Positions 10,563-21,124 of a stretch of DNA of 42,509 bases are shown here, piece by piece (the first letter of the stretch is position 1; each line of letters opens with the position of its first letter). Source of the stretch: Pseudomonadota bacterium (GTDB taxonomy: Bacteria; Pseudomonadota; Gammaproteobacteria; Enterobacterales; Alteromonadaceae); assembly GCA_038744645.1 (NCBI GenBank), contig JBCDMA010000001.1:1-42509 (forward strand), in the 5' to 3' direction. The position numbers were made by a program, and so were the translations under genes. Below the pieces are notes generated by a model. The model saw only the letters and a program-made list of their open reading frames with translations. It was not told the DNA's origin and made no database searches.

Positions 10563-11516
10563 TTATTTTGAAAGACCGTACACGTAAGAAGCAACTACAT
10601 GTATTTTCTCTTCGCCTAGCGTGTTGTTAAACGACGGCATGACGCCATTTCTTCCGTGCGTTAGCGTTTCTGTGATGGCGCGTTTAGATGAACCATACAA
10701 CCAAATATTATCCGTTAAGTTTGGTGCTCCTACCATCTGATTTCCTTTACCGTCCATACCATGGCACGCTGCGCAAGCGGCAAAGCGCGCTTTACCTGCG
10801 TCAACCAATGCGGTATCGGTGTCTGGATGATTAGACAAACTCATTGTGTAGGCCACAACTTCCGCTACACCTTGTTCACCGAATGCATCTATCCAGCCTG
10901 GCATTGCTCCAGAACGACCGTTTAATAGTGTTGTTTGAATTGCAGTCCCGGTGCCACCGTATAGCCAATCGCTATCTGTGAGATTAGGAAATCCACCGCG
11001 TTGACCTCTGGCATCAGACCCGTGGCATTGTGCGCAGTTTTGTAAAAACAATCGCTTACCAATCTCCATCGCTTCAGGGTTATTTATCAAGTCTTCAACC
11101 GATGTTTCTTTAAACGCGGCAAAGATAGGCGCAACGCGATCTTCAACTTGTTTAACTTGAACGGCATATTCATTCAATGCGCCAGACTCAATATCTGCCA
11201 ATAGCTCTGCTTGTGATTGTTCTAAGGATAGGACGTGCTGATTAGAGCTTTCCCAGCCAAGAATGCCTTTAAAACCGCCCAAGCCAGGATATAGCGCAAG
11301 GTACAGTAAACCCCATACAAGCGTTATCCAAAATAAGATGGTCCACCAACGTGGAAGCTGATTATTAATTTCACTTATTCCGTCGAATTCGTGACCCATA
11401 TTTTCGCCTTCAGGCACGCCTGTTTTGTTGGCTAGCGTCCAACGTAGCAACCACCAACAACCAACAATGGTACCCAAACTAATTACACTGATCCAAATAG
11501 TCCAAAAAGTAGTCAT
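10563..11516 (-). CDS. ccoP: cbb3 cytochrome c oxidase subunit III
   Basis: GHEFDGI..N.LPRWW; two CxxCH motifs (CAQCH, CAACH). Confidence 0.97.
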   Translation of the reverse strand: MTTFWTIWISVISLGTIVGCWWLLRWTLANKTGVPEGENMGHEFDGISEINNQLPRWWTILFWITLVWGLLYLALYPGLGGFKGILGWESSNQHVLSLEQSQAELLADIESGALNEYAVQVKQVEDRVAPIFAAFKETSVEDLINNPEAMEIGKRLFLQNCAQCHGSDARGQRGGFPNLTDSDWLYGGTGTAIQTTLLNGRSGAMPGWIDAFGEQGVAEVVAYTMSLSNHPDTDTALVDAGKARFAACAACHGMDGKGNQMVGAPNLTDNIWLYGSSKRAITETLTHGRNGVMPSFNNTLGEEKIHVVASYVYGLSK

Positions 11517-11692
11517 GATTTTTGACCCCTAGTCTTTTTAACTTCTTCCTTTTCATCGTCGTCGAATACGAGATAAGCATCTTCTTCAAACCGTTTTGCA
11601 TTGCGTTTACTAAACGCCCACCAAACGATGCCGACGAAAGCTAGGAAAACGATGACAGTGAACACACTGCCAATTATGCCTTGTTCTGCCAT
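11513..11692 (-). CDS. ccoQ: cbb3 cytochrome c oxidase subunit CcoQ (not in ORF track)
   Basis: Hand translation, 59 aa: [64 protein letters not shown] overlap with ccoO and ATGA overlap with ccoP. Confidence 0.93.
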   Translation of the reverse strand: MAEQGIIGSVFTVIVFLAFVGIVWWAFSKRNAKRFEEDAYLVFDDDEKEEVKKTRGQKS

Positions 11693-12294
11693 TACAAATG
11701 CGTTCCTAAAACTTGAAGATAAGCAATGATTGCTTCCATTTCAGTTTTGCCTTTAACTGCATCTTTAGCACCCGCAATATCTTCTTCAGTGTAGGGAACG
11801 CCCAGCATCTTGAAGACTTCCATCTTTGACGCTGTGTCTTTCCCAGAAAGGATCCGTTCGGCAAGCCATGGGTAACCAGGCATGTTTGACTCAGGTACTA
11901 CCGCTCGCGGATTAATTAAATGTACACGATGCCATTCATCACTGTAACGTCCGCCAACTCTTCCTAAGTCAGGCCCCGTGCGTTTGGAGCCCCATAAAAA
12001 TGGTCTTTCCCATACGCTTTCACCCGCAACCGAATAATGGCCGTAACGTTCTGTTTCTGCCCTAAAAGGACGGATCATCTGGCTATGACAACCAACACAA
12101 CCTTCACGGATGTATATATCTCTTCCCTCTAGTTGAAGAGCAGTGTAGGGCACAAGGCCTTTGACTGGCTCAAGTGCCTGTTGTTGAAACATCAACGGCA
12201 GGATTTGTGCCATTGCTCCAAAGCTGATTGCCACCAAAACAAGTATCGTTAATAGTCCAACGTTTTTTTCAACTAACTCATGTGGGTTTTTCAT
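11692..12294 (-). CDS. ccoO: cbb3 cytochrome c oxidase subunit II
   Basis: [13 protein letters not shown] and [10 protein letters not shown] motifs. Confidence 0.97.
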   Translation of the reverse strand: MKNPHELVEKNVGLLTILVLVAISFGAMAQILPLMFQQQALEPVKGLVPYTALQLEGRDIYIREGCVGCHSQMIRPFRAETERYGHYSVAGESVWERPFLWGSKRTGPDLGRVGGRYSDEWHRVHLINPRAVVPESNMPGYPWLAERILSGKDTASKMEVFKMLGVPYTEEDIAGAKDAVKGKTEMEAIIAYLQVLGTHL

Positions 12295-13736
12295 TTTGCA
12301 ACTCCTAGCGTCGCCGTATCAGTGTCAATAGAATCAACGGGTTTTGGCGCTGTAATTGTGCGATAAGCGTTGTACGCCATGATTAACATGCCCGCGACAA
12401 CGAATACGCCACCAATGAACCTTACAACATAGAACGGTTTGGAAGCTTCGAGTGATTCAACGAACGAATAAGTAAGTGTGCCATCCGATTCGATTGCTCG
12501 CCACATTAGCCCTTGAAGTACGCCAGACATCCACATAGCGACGATGTAAAGGACAACACCAATTGTAGTTAGCCAAAAATGCACATTGATCAGTTTGGTG
12601 CTGAACATTTTAGGCTGACCAAACAAAATAGGGATAAGATGATACACACTACCGATGGATACCATGGCAACCCAACCCAATGCGCCGGAGTGCACATGCC
12701 CTATTGTCCAGTCGGTGTAGTGAGATAGCGCATTAACTGTTTTGATTGCCATCATCGGGCCTTCAAATGTTGACATACCATAAAATGACAGGGAAACAAT
12801 GAGGAAACGCAACACGGGGTCGGTTCTCAATTTATGCCACGCGCCGGATAGCGTCATGATACCGTTAATCATGCCTCCCCAAGAGGGTACGAATAGAATG
12901 ACTGACATCACCATACCGAGTGACTGCGTCCAGTCTGGAAGTGCAGTGTAGTGTAGGTGGTGAGGACCCGCCCAAATATATAGCGATATAAGCGCCCAAA
13001 AGTGAACAATAGACAATCTGTAAGAATATACGGGTCGACCTGCTTGTTTCGGCACGAAGTAATACATCATGCCTAAGAAACCCGCCGTTAAGAAAAATCC
13101 AACCGCGTTATGACCATACCACCACTGCATCATTGCATCGACTGCACCCGCGTACAACGAATATGATTTAGTGAAACTGACGGGTACCGCCATGCTATTT
13201 CCGATGTGCAGTACGGCAACCGTAAGCATAAATGCGCCAAGGAACCAGTTGGCAACGTAAATGTGCGACGTGCGTCGAATTATCATAGTGCCAAAGAAAT
13301 TAATAATGTAGGCAATCCAAACTAACGCGATAAGAATATCGATTGGCCACTCTAATTCTGCGTATTCTTTACTTGAAGTAATACCTAACGGCAGTGTTAT
13401 TGCGGCTAGTACGATGACTGCTTGCCATCCCCAAAAAGTGAACTGCGCCAGTTTGTCACTGAATAGTCGTACCTGACACGTGCGTTGAACTATGTAATAG
13501 CTCGTGGCAAAAAGTGCACAGCCACCGAATGCAAAAATGACCGCATTCGTATGTAAAGGTCTCAAACGAGAGTAAGTGAGCCATGGCACGTCAAAATTTA
13601 GTGCGGGTGCAAATAGCTGCGCTGCTAAAAGAACACCCACTGACATGCCAACAATTCCCCATACAATCGTCATGATAGTAAACTGCCTAACTACCTTGTA
13701 GTTATAGTCTGGTCTTACTTGGCTTGTTTCGCTCAT
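12291..13736 (-). CDS. ccoN: cbb3 cytochrome c oxidase subunit I
   Basis: [24 protein letters not shown] and GHVH motifs. Confidence 0.98.
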   Translation of the reverse strand: MSETSQVRPDYNYKVVRQFTIMTIVWGIVGMSVGVLLAAQLFAPALNFDVPWLTYSRLRPLHTNAVIFAFGGCALFATSYYIVQRTCQVRLFSDKLAQFTFWGWQAVIVLAAITLPLGITSSKEYAELEWPIDILIALVWIAYIINFFGTMIIRRTSHIYVANWFLGAFMLTVAVLHIGNSMAVPVSFTKSYSLYAGAVDAMMQWWYGHNAVGFFLTAGFLGMMYYFVPKQAGRPVYSYRLSIVHFWALISLYIWAGPHHLHYTALPDWTQSLGMVMSVILFVPSWGGMINGIMTLSGAWHKLRTDPVLRFLIVSLSFYGMSTFEGPMMAIKTVNALSHYTDWTIGHVHSGALGWVAMVSIGSVYHLIPILFGQPKMFSTKLINVHFWLTTIGVVLYIVAMWMSGVLQGLMWRAIESDGTLTYSFVESLEASKPFYVVRFIGGVFVVAGMLIMAYNAYRTITAPKPVDSIDTDTATLGVAK

Positions 13737-13910
13737 AACTTAAAGTTTCCGTATAAAGAGTAAATTCGAATCTCCCAAAACAGCGGTCTTAACTAATATC
13801 AATCGTTTGTCCTAGTTGAGAGTGATTTACGAGAGACGTAAACTAAGCCGTGTTCGAGCTTGCATATTAATGATTACAAATGCAAAAATAAAATGAATGT
13901 GAGATACATT

Positions 13911-13924
13911 TTGATCTTCGTCAA
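13911..13924. promoter_or_regulatory. FNR box in the divergent ccoN promoter region
   Basis: TTGAT-CTTC-GTCAA, 9/10 match. Confidence 0.75.
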
Positions 13925-13951
13925 TAAAGGAAAGTTTACAGTTAATAACTT

Positions 13952-14392
13952 GTGAAAAAGTACAGTAAAAACATACGACTAATGGCGTATACCACCCTGA
14001 TTTTAGTCGTCATTTTTGGTGTGTATTGGGGTAATGTTAACGACAGGTTAAATACCTCAAATCAGTGTGCACTACTAAAGAATGAGTGCTTTTTTTCGAC
14101 GCAAAAAGGCGAATTTCGATTAAAATTTGAACAGACGCCCATTGCAGAAGAAGAACTAAAAATTGCGTTTAACATACCTGATGGTTTGACTGTCCACCAT
14201 GCGCATATTCAAGGCATCAATATGTACATGGGACGCATCCCCGTTCTGTTTGAAGACGGTCTACCGGAAAACACCGCTGTTACCTTTCTAGGCAGTTGTA
14301 ATCTGGTTGAAATGCAATGGGTGCTGACAATTGAATATGATGTTGATGGTATTCGAGATAGTGTGCAAGTATTCTTCTCTACTTACCAATAG
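13952..14392 (+). CDS. membrane-anchored periplasmic hypothetical protein divergent from ccoN
   Basis: N-terminal TM, C-x5-C, GINMYMGRIP and LGSC..M.W motifs; start is GTG 13952 or ATG 13982. Confidence 0.7.
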   Translation: MKKYSKNIRLMAYTTLILVVIFGVYWGNVNDRLNTSNQCALLKNECFFSTQKGEFRLKFEQTPIAEEELKIAFNIPDGLTVHHAHIQGINMYMGRIPVLFEDGLPENTAVTFLGSCNLVEMQWVLTIEYDVDGIRDSVQVFFSTYQ

Positions 14393-14393
14393 C

Positions 14394-14418
14394 AAAAAGG
14401 CTGGTGATACCAGCCTTT
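14394..14418. terminator. likely bidirectional intrinsic terminator
   Basis: AAAGGCTGGT-GAT-ACCAGCCTTT between convergent genes. Confidence 0.75.
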
Positions 14419-14502
14419 GCATTTAGTGTAGTGGTTTTAGGGGCACTTAACTTTTCTGAGCCACAGATTTCGACGAGTACCTTCGCTGAAATTAGCAGAC
14501 AA

Positions 14503-14970
14503 TTATTGCTGTGATTGCTGATAGTTCTTAAGACCAAGTCGTTCGATTAATCCGATCTGTTGCTCGAGCCAGTGTGCGTGATCACTTTCTGTATCATCGA
14601 GAAGTACAGTCAACATATCCCGACTCACATAATCGCTCTCTTTTTCGCATATTGCGATAACCTCCTTTAGCTTGGCCCCTACATCGTATTCTACGCGCAG
14701 ATCGCTTTTCAACATCTCTTCAACATCTTTTCCAATCACTATCTCCGAGCGCGTGCGCATATCAGGAGTACCACCCAAAAAGAGCATGCGTTCAATAAGT
14801 TTAGTAGCATGTCCTTTTTCATCTTCAAATTCATGCGCAATGCGATCATAGAGTTTTGTTAGACCCCAATCGTGGTACATCTGTGAGTGGATGAAGTATT
14901 GGTCCATTGCGGCCAATTCATATGCCAATAGGGCATTTAAGCCGTTGATTACATTTTCACTGCCTTGCAT
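14503..14970 (-). CDS. bfr: bacterioferritin subunit, ferroxidase type (no heme Met)
   Basis: E18, E51, H54, E94 and E128/H131 present; residue 52 is Lys. Confidence 0.92.
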   Translation of the reverse strand: MQGSENVINGLNALLAYELAAMDQYFIHSQMYHDWGLTKLYDRIAHEFEDEKGHATKLIERMLFLGGTPDMRTRSEIVIGKDVEEMLKSDLRVEYDVGAKLKEVIAICEKESDYVSRDMLTVLLDDTESDHAHWLEQQIGLIERLGLKNYQQSQQ

Positions 14971-15443
14971 TATTCGCCCTCCACTTGAGATTGTAGATAA
15001 TTCTGAATGCCCAACTCAGCTATTAGGTGTCGCTGCGTTTCAAGCCAATCGAGATATTCTTCTTCATACTCCAAAATATCTTCTAACAGATCACGACTGA
15101 TATAGTCCTGCTTGGTTTCACAAAGAGCGATAGCACCCCTCAGCTTGGGTAGTTGTTCTTGTTCAAAGGTCATGTCGCACTGCAACGTTTCTTCGGTATT
15201 TTCGCCGATTAACAATTTGCCTAGTGCTTGTAAATTGGGTAATCCTTCCAAGAACAAAATGCGCTCAATCAAGCAGTCAGCTTGCTTCATGTCTTTAATA
15301 GACTTTTTATATGCAGCTTTATTGAGACCTTCCAGTCCCCAGTTTTTGTGCATTCTGGCATGCAAGAAATACTGGTTGATTGATGTCAATTCAACAGTAA
15401 GGATTTCGTTTAATGCGGTAATGATTTCAGGATTGCCTTTCAT
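14970..15443 (-). CDS. bfr: bacterioferritin subunit, heme-binding type (degenerate ferroxidase centre)
   Basis: Met52 present; D51, Q54 and Y130 replace E51, H54 and H130; RBS GGAGG; TAATG coupling to the second bfr. Confidence 0.92.
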   Translation of the reverse strand: MKGNPEIITALNEILTVELTSINQYFLHARMHKNWGLEGLNKAAYKKSIKDMKQADCLIERILFLEGLPNLQALGKLLIGENTEETLQCDMTFEQEQLPKLRGAIALCETKQDYISRDLLEDILEYEEEYLDWLETQRHLIAELGIQNYLQSQVEGE

Positions 15444-15532
15444 AACGTATTAGCCTCCTTTTTTAAAGTTAGGAGAATAATACTATTTTATACAAAAAAA
15501 TCAAATTTTCTCTTAAATATCAAGAAGTTACT

Positions 15533-15551
15533 AAGGATAATCATTCGTATT
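15533..15551. promoter_or_regulatory. possible Fur box upstream of the bfr pair
   Basis: AAGGATAATCATTCGTATT, partial match to AATGATAATNATTATCATT. Confidence 0.45.
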
Positions 15552-15556
15552 TAGAA

Positions 15557-17164
15557 TTATATTTCGAGTTGTATTTTTTCCTTCTTACTTTGTTGATTTA
15601 ATATAGCGATGCTTTCTTCTGCAAAACCTAGACCCGCATCAGTGAAGAAATTGAATACTTCATCAACACCTTTTTCACGCAAAGACTCGACCTCGTCTTC
15701 GTATCGTGCTATCGCAGCGATTTTGCCAGTGTATCCGCGATTCCGTAATTGATTGGTGACATTGGATGAGTCTTCAATGGAGGGTAGGGCTAATAGCACC
15801 AACTTGAGACCACTTATGTTAATGTTGTCCCAAAGATCGATATTCTCACCGTCCCCAACGATCGCATTTTTACCTTCGTTTTTGAGCAGTTCTATTTTTT
15901 GTTCATCAGCATCCATTCCACAGACGTCCGTATTGAGTTGTTGTGAAAGTGCTTCAAACGCCCCTTTACCAACACGACCCATGCCGATGACCATGACTTG
16001 CACATTGCTCAGACAAGGATAGACATCTTCTGCAAGCGGTTTTTTGCGTTCAAATTGACGCAACTGTTGACTGCTATGACGATAAATATCATGGGATTTT
16101 TTATAAAACACACTCGTAAAAATGAACGAAAATGACACTGCGAGCGCAATTATAACAAGCCACTCGCTATTGATGATATTCATTGACACGGCAAGGGATG
16201 CGACAATTAGCCCAAACTCACTGTAGTTGCTCATGACGCTTCCGGTGAGAAATGACGTTCTCGCGCGCAGTTTTAACGCTGAAAATATTTTGAAGAATAG
16301 GGCGAATTTTACCGGTATCAAAAGCGATAAGCCCAAAGCGATCATCGTGATCTCGGTATTGGGCAATGCTGTTAAGCCAATTGACAGAAAAAAGCCAATG
16401 AGAAAAATATCTTTAAAACTGAGCAATGCTTTTGCCAGTTCACTCGCTTTATCGTTACCTGCCAACAGAATGCCCATCACCAATGCACCAAGGTCGCCTT
16501 TGATACCGACTAATTCAAACAATTGGTATGCACAAAGCGCGAGTACAAAACCGCATAAGGGCAGCAACTCTCCGTGACCTGCTTCTTGGAGTAAGCGTTT
16601 GAGAAGTGGCGCCAGTGGGACAAGTAGCAATAAGCCAAAAGCATAAAATGTAGGTACTTTGCCCGTTGCAAAAACCATAAAGAGTACTGCAAAAATATCT
16701 TGCATGATCAAGAGACCAATGGCCACTTTGCCGTGCCGAGTCCTTACTTCTCCGCTTTCTTCGAGGATTTTGATAACACAGACAGTTGAACTGAATGAAA
16801 ATGCAAATGCGATAATGACTGCCTGAGACAGTGCAAGCCCAGAAAAGTAGGGTACGGATAAACTGGCAAGCAATACAATTATCGGCGTGAACACCAAAAT
16901 CCAAATACTGGTGTGGATCATGGCACCGGCCCAAATCTCAGCTTTGAGCAAGTCTTTGATATTCAGTTTAAGCCCAATCGTGAAAAGCATAACGGTGATA
17001 CCCAGATTGGCTATAGCTTCAATTGTTGGGTTGAGCTCTATACCAATGGCATTACCGAAGAAACCGGCAATAAGAAATCCGATTAACGGTGGTTGATAGA
17101 TCAATTTACATAAAAAGCCGCAGACGAATGCGATAGCAAGAAGTAAAACTAACAGGTAATCCAT
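15557..17164 (-). CDS. CPA2 cation:proton antiporter with C-terminal TrkA-N (KefC-like)
   Basis: SFSST, QD and SEFG motifs; GMGRVG Rossmann motif. Confidence 0.9.
   Translation of the reverse strand: MDYLLVLLLAIAFVCGFLCKLIYQPPLIGFLIAGFFGNAIGIELNPTIEAIANLGITVMLFTIGLKLNIKDLLKAEIWAGAMIHTSIWILVFTPIIVLLASLSVPYFSGLALSQAVIIAFAFSFSSTVCVIKILEESGEVRTRHGKVAIGLLIMQDIFAVLFMVFATGKVPTFYAFGLLLLVPLAPLLKRLLQEAGHGELLPLCGFVLALCAYQLFELVGIKGDLGALVMGILLAGNDKASELAKALLSFKDIFLIGFFLSIGLTALPNTEITMIALGLSLLIPVKFALFFKIFSALKLRARTSFLTGSVMSNYSEFGLIVASLAVSMNIINSEWLVIIALAVSFSFIFTSVFYKKSHDIYRHSSQQLRQFERKKPLAEDVYPCLSNVQVMVIGMGRVGKGAFEALSQQLNTDVCGMDADEQKIELLKNEGKNAIVGDGENIDLWDNINISGLKLVLLALPSIEDSSNVTNQLRNRGYTGKIAAIARYEDEVESLREKGVDEVFNFFTDAGLGFAEESIAILNQQSKKEKIQLEI
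15782..15789 (+). other. KOPS (GGGNAGGG) oriented towards dif
   Basis: GGGTAGGG on the + strand, left of dif. Confidence 0.4.
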
Positions 17165-17268
17165 TGAATCACAGATATATTTTACATAACTGCGTATTTA
17201 AGCGTGTTGTGTCCTATTTAGCAAATTTTAATCGAATTGATATGCGGTGGATCAACCAACCCCGTATA

Positions 17269-17469
17269 TTACTCGGTTAGCATTCTTACCTCTTCATCAC
17301 TTAACATTGTGTGAAATGCTATGATGAATTGGATGATGTAGTAATGCGGTACTTGCTCTTGCCTCGTAAGATCCCGCAGCGTAGACAATTTACAGTTGAG
17401 TTTTTCAGCGAAGCAACTAAGAGGAATGCCTCTGTGTCGAATAAATCGCATAAATGCGCGTCCTGTCAT
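17269..17469 (-). CDS. small hypothetical protein, possible Cro/Xre-like HTH
   Basis: GGAGG RBS before ATG 17469; 66 aa; GIPLSCFAEKLNCKLSTLRDL has HTH-like spacing. Confidence 0.55.
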   Translation of the reverse strand: MTGRAFMRFIRHRGIPLSCFAEKLNCKLSTLRDLTRQEQVPHYYIIQFIIAFHTMLSDEEVRMLTE

Positions 17470-17576
17470 AACTACCTCCAAATATTGCGAACGTTAATAT
17501 AACAAATAATTAACATTAGTAAAGTTATTTTAACACATACATAGGTATGAAAAGTGATGGTGTTTAATCAGTTCAT

Positions 17577-18497
17577 TTACTGTGAAAGGAATTGCTTTAC
17601 TGCTTGAGCCGTTTCAGTAGGGCACTCTACCATTGACATATGACCAATTGATGAAAAAACGCGAGGGTTACTGCCCGTCAACATTCGCCAATAATCTGCA
17701 TCAGTGACAGGCAAGAGCCCATCACATTCACCCCAAATCACAAGCCACCGGTCTGGCGCAATTTCAAAAGGGTCAGTGAAAAATTCGTCTACATTAAAAA
17801 AGTCTAAAAATTGATGACGGAGTTGTTCGTATTTTTCAATATAGTTTTTTTTTGCAAGAAAATTGATGACTGACCTGGGGAGGATGGGTGGTTTTACCAT
17901 TGAGCGTTTATAAAAAGTATCAAACTCATCGAGGTCATTAATTAAAAAGGGGATCTGTCCCTTCTTGCTTTCTTCTAGGGCGAAGTCAGATTTCGCGCCT
18001 GCAGGGTCGATTAAAATGCAACGTTTGAAAAGTGATGTATGTTGACTAAACAAAATAGCAGCAACCATTCCTCCCATTGAGCTACCAATTACAACCACTT
18101 CAGTCAGTTTTTGCTGCTTAATGAATGCAACGAGCATGTTGGCTTGCGTATATGATGAGTAATTGTTTTGTGCAGAGTATGTATTGTCGCCGTGTCCCAA
18201 TAAATCAGGAATGAAAAGTCGGTGCGATTGGGTAAAGTGCTTGGCAAAACGAAGCCATATATGCCTGTCAGCACTGAAGCAATGAAGTAGGAGGAGGGTG
18301 GGCTTACCCATGTTTCGATTGTCATAATACGTTATCTGGTCGTCACCTAAGATACAGGTATACGTGGTCAAGCCTGCTATCTTTGATTCGATAGCAATTG
18401 AAAGGGAATACAAGTGCTTGCCAATGATTGGAAACGGCAAATAGAACAGCGTGACCAACAAAAGGGTGATGCCGAAGATAACGAGAAGGGCGGTCAT
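17577..18497 (-). CDS. alpha/beta hydrolase (lipase/esterase) with N-terminal anchor
   Basis: PDLLGHG, GSSMGG, WGECD and GH motifs; start set at ATG 18497. Confidence 0.88.
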   Translation of the reverse strand: MTALLVIFGITLLLVTLFYLPFPIIGKHLYSLSIAIESKIAGLTTYTCILGDDQITYYDNRNMGKPTLLLLHCFSADRHIWLRFAKHFTQSHRLFIPDLLGHGDNTYSAQNNYSSYTQANMLVAFIKQQKLTEVVVIGSSMGGMVAAILFSQHTSLFKRCILIDPAGAKSDFALEESKKGQIPFLINDLDEFDTFYKRSMVKPPILPRSVINFLAKKNYIEKYEQLRHQFLDFFNVDEFFTDPFEIAPDRWLVIWGECDGLLPVTDADYWRMLTGSNPRVFSSIGHMSMVECPTETAQAVKQFLSQ

Positions 18498-18814
18498 GTT
18501 CCATCCCTTGTTATATATTGTTTGGATATGATTGAACGTAGTACAGGGCCGATGGTTATACAAATTCTCTTTAAAGAGAGATTTTATAAGATATTTCAGT
18601 ATTTATGTGTTTTATATTCGTTACGCGTAATTATGTTGTGAGCATTTAATCCTTGGATTGATAAATAGCAAAACCGAATCTGCTTAGATAGTCATTACGT
18701 GCTTTAATACTTTTTCTAAATAGAGTGCAAAGCCCTCAATTGCATGGAACATAGAAATCGTTTTATTGCGATTCTTAATAAGTACCATAGTATGAAAACA
18801 TCAACGATTAATAC

Positions 18815-18841
18815 TGAAGTCGCATGTTAACTTGTCGATAA
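18815..18841 (+). promoter_or_regulatory. putative sigma28 (FliA) promoter of the MCP
   Basis: TGAA-N15-GTCGATAA versus consensus TAAA-N15-GCCGATAA. Confidence 0.55.
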
Positions 18842-18920
18842 AGAAATGTTAGGAAATGTAAAACACGACTATCGGTGTTTTACAGTCGACTGTAAATTTA
18901 CAAGTGAAGGCCACCTCAAA

Positions 18921-20843
18921 ATGAAGCTACAAACAAAATTTTTGACCATTATGGGAGGCGCAATAATTGCACTTACGATAGTCGTAGGCGCCATTACTGC
19001 ATTTAAAACATCATCGAGTATACAAGCGAACGTGACTGAGAGCACCGTAAACATCTCATCGCGAATACAAAGTACATTGCAAGTGACGGATAACATTATG
19101 AAGGAGCGTGTGGTAAACAGCATGCGTTTACTAAAACAGCGAACACAAGCGCTTGGGACACCATCGCTAGGTGAAAATGTTTCCGTCAACGGTGAAAAGG
19201 CTCCAAATTTGTTGTTTGGTGCGGAAGCACAGGGAAACAACTTCTCTGTCGTCGATGGTTTGACCGATATTATGGACGGAACAGCGACAATTTTTAGTCG
19301 AAAAGGCGAAGACTACATACGGATCTCAACGAACGTCATCAAGAACGGTCAACGCGCTATTGGTACTAAATTGTCTCCAACAGGCAAGGCAATTCAACAG
19401 ATCCGTCAAGACAAGGCCTATTATGGAAAAGTAGACATTCTGGGTATGCCGTTTTTAACCGCATACGAGCCGATAAGAAATACTACTGGTAGCGTTATCG
19501 GTATTTATTACGTGGGTTATTCTGCTGATTTGCGGGCCGTATCCGATTCAATATCAAATGATCGCGTTCTTACAAATGGTTTTGTCGCGCTCGCTGACAA
19601 TGGAGACAACGTTAGATTACATTCTAACAATAAGGGAAAGGACGAAATTCAACGCATCATCAAAAGTACTGAAACAGGTTGGGTGGTTAAAAAAGAAGTG
19701 TTCCCACAGTGGGGTTATAATATATATATTGCATATCCACAATCTGATGTTTCATCATTGATCACGTCTGAGGTAGTTAAAAATATCGCTGTTATTATTG
19801 CGGGTGCGTCTGTTTTGATTCTACTTTCATACTTTTTGATGTTACACATTGTCGGTAAGCCATTGAATTACTACATTGCTTCTGTAAATGAAATTGCCGA
19901 CGGCAATGCGGATTTAACGGTTAGATTTGACGACTCGAAAAATAATGAATTTGGACAGATGGCAAAGGGATTTAATAAGTTGCTAGCTAGATTGCAAAAA
20001 TCAATGAAGGATATCAATTCATCATCATTAAAACTGAAAGATGTTGTTTCTGAGTTATCTAACACGGCATCTAATTCTTCTATATCTGCGACAAGACTGA
20101 GCGATGAATCCATTCAAGTCGCTGTTGCTATCCAACAAATGAGCACAACGGCAGACTCCGTTCAAGAGAATGCCTCACGCGCGGATGAAGCAGCGCGAAA
20201 AGCGATTACTGAAGCGAATAGTAGTTACGAAGTGTTACAAGAAAGCATCTCAGCAATAAGACTCCAGGCGTCTGAATTAACAGAATCAATGACTGTGATA
20301 ACGGAACTCGCAAGTGCAAGTGAAGATATTGGCGGCGTTATGGACGTTATTAGTAACATCGCAGAGCAAACTAACTTGCTAGCACTAAATGCGGCCATCG
20401 AAGCTGCAAGAGCCGGTGAGCAAGGTCGAGGATTTGCAGTAGTGGCTGACGAGGTGCGTTCCTTAGCAAGCAGGACACAAGAGTCTACGACTGATATTCA
20501 GAATATGATTGAAAAACTTCAACAAGGCAGCGCAAAGGCGTGTGAAATGATAGAGCGCAACAAAACAGAAGCAGAATCCAATGCAGAAAAAACGGCCTCT
20601 GTTGGCGCTGCCGTTCAAAAGGTTGTGGACCAAGTAAGAGACATATCAGATTTGAATACAAATAATACTGCATCTGCGCAGGAACAAGCATCGGTATCTA
20701 ACTCAATTGCGACTCGTACTGAATCAATAAAAACTTCAGGCGAGGATAACGCCGTCACTGCAAAAAGGCTTGAACAGTTGACTCACGAACTTTCGACAAA
20801 TACTGAACAACTCGACAGCATTCTGAAGAGTTACACTTGTTAA
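18921..20843 (+). CDS. methyl-accepting chemotaxis protein with Cache 3/Cache 2-type sensor and HAMP
   Basis: Two TMs; [20 protein letters not shown]; [34 protein letters not shown]; start set at ATG 18921. Confidence 0.93.
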   Translation: MKLQTKFLTIMGGAIIALTIVVGAITAFKTSSSIQANVTESTVNISSRIQSTLQVTDNIMKERVVNSMRLLKQRTQALGTPSLGENVSVNGEKAPNLLFGAEAQGNNFSVVDGLTDIMDGTATIFSRKGEDYIRISTNVIKNGQRAIGTKLSPTGKAIQQIRQDKAYYGKVDILGMPFLTAYEPIRNTTGSVIGIYYVGYSADLRAVSDSISNDRVLTNGFVALADNGDNVRLHSNNKGKDEIQRIIKSTETGWVVKKEVFPQWGYNIYIAYPQSDVSSLITSEVVKNIAVIIAGASVLILLSYFLMLHIVGKPLNYYIASVNEIADGNADLTVRFDDSKNNEFGQMAKGFNKLLARLQKSMKDINSSSLKLKDVVSELSNTASNSSISATRLSDESIQVAVAIQQMSTTADSVQENASRADEAARKAITEANSSYEVLQESISAIRLQASELTESMTVITELASASEDIGGVMDVISNIAEQTNLLALNAAIEAARAGEQGRGFAVVADEVRSLASRTQESTTDIQNMIEKLQQGSAKACEMIERNKTEAESNAEKTASVGAAVQKVVDQVRDISDLNTNNTASAQEQASVSNSIATRTESIKTSGEDNAVTAKRLEQLTHELSTNTEQLDSILKSYTC

Positions 20844-21061
20844 ATCGAGACGTGACATGAACAAGTTATATGTCGCTTTAACATCTTAAAACGCCGCATA
20901 GCAACAACGCCGCCTTGTAAAGCTTAATGAAACGATGAACAGGGCGGATACCAACGTCAAATCCATTTGTCTACATAATCCTGTTGCAAAAACTTTCGCT
21001 CTAAAACAGCTGCGAGCTGACGATGACAGGGGACTTATCAATACTAAATATTAAGTGCGAA

Positions 21062-21090
21062 TTGTGCACATGTGGATAACTTGTGAATAA
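21062..21090. promoter_or_regulatory. DnaA box cluster
   Basis: TGTGGATAA (21071-79, reverse complement TTATCCACA) and TGTGAATAA (21082-90, TTATTCACA); an oppositely oriented 1-mismatch TTGTGCACA at 21062-70. Confidence 0.7.
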
Positions 21091-21096
21091 TACCCT

Positions 21097-21124
21097 ATTT
21101 AACATAATATACATTATAAGTAAT
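21097..21124 (-). other. dif: dif site (XerC/XerD chromosome dimer resolution)
   Basis: Minus strand ATTACTTATAA-TGTATA-TTATGTTAAAT. The XerD arm and 6-bp spacer are identical to E. coli dif (GGTGCGCATAA TGTATA TTATGTTAAAT). Intergenic and AT-rich. Confidence 0.9.
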
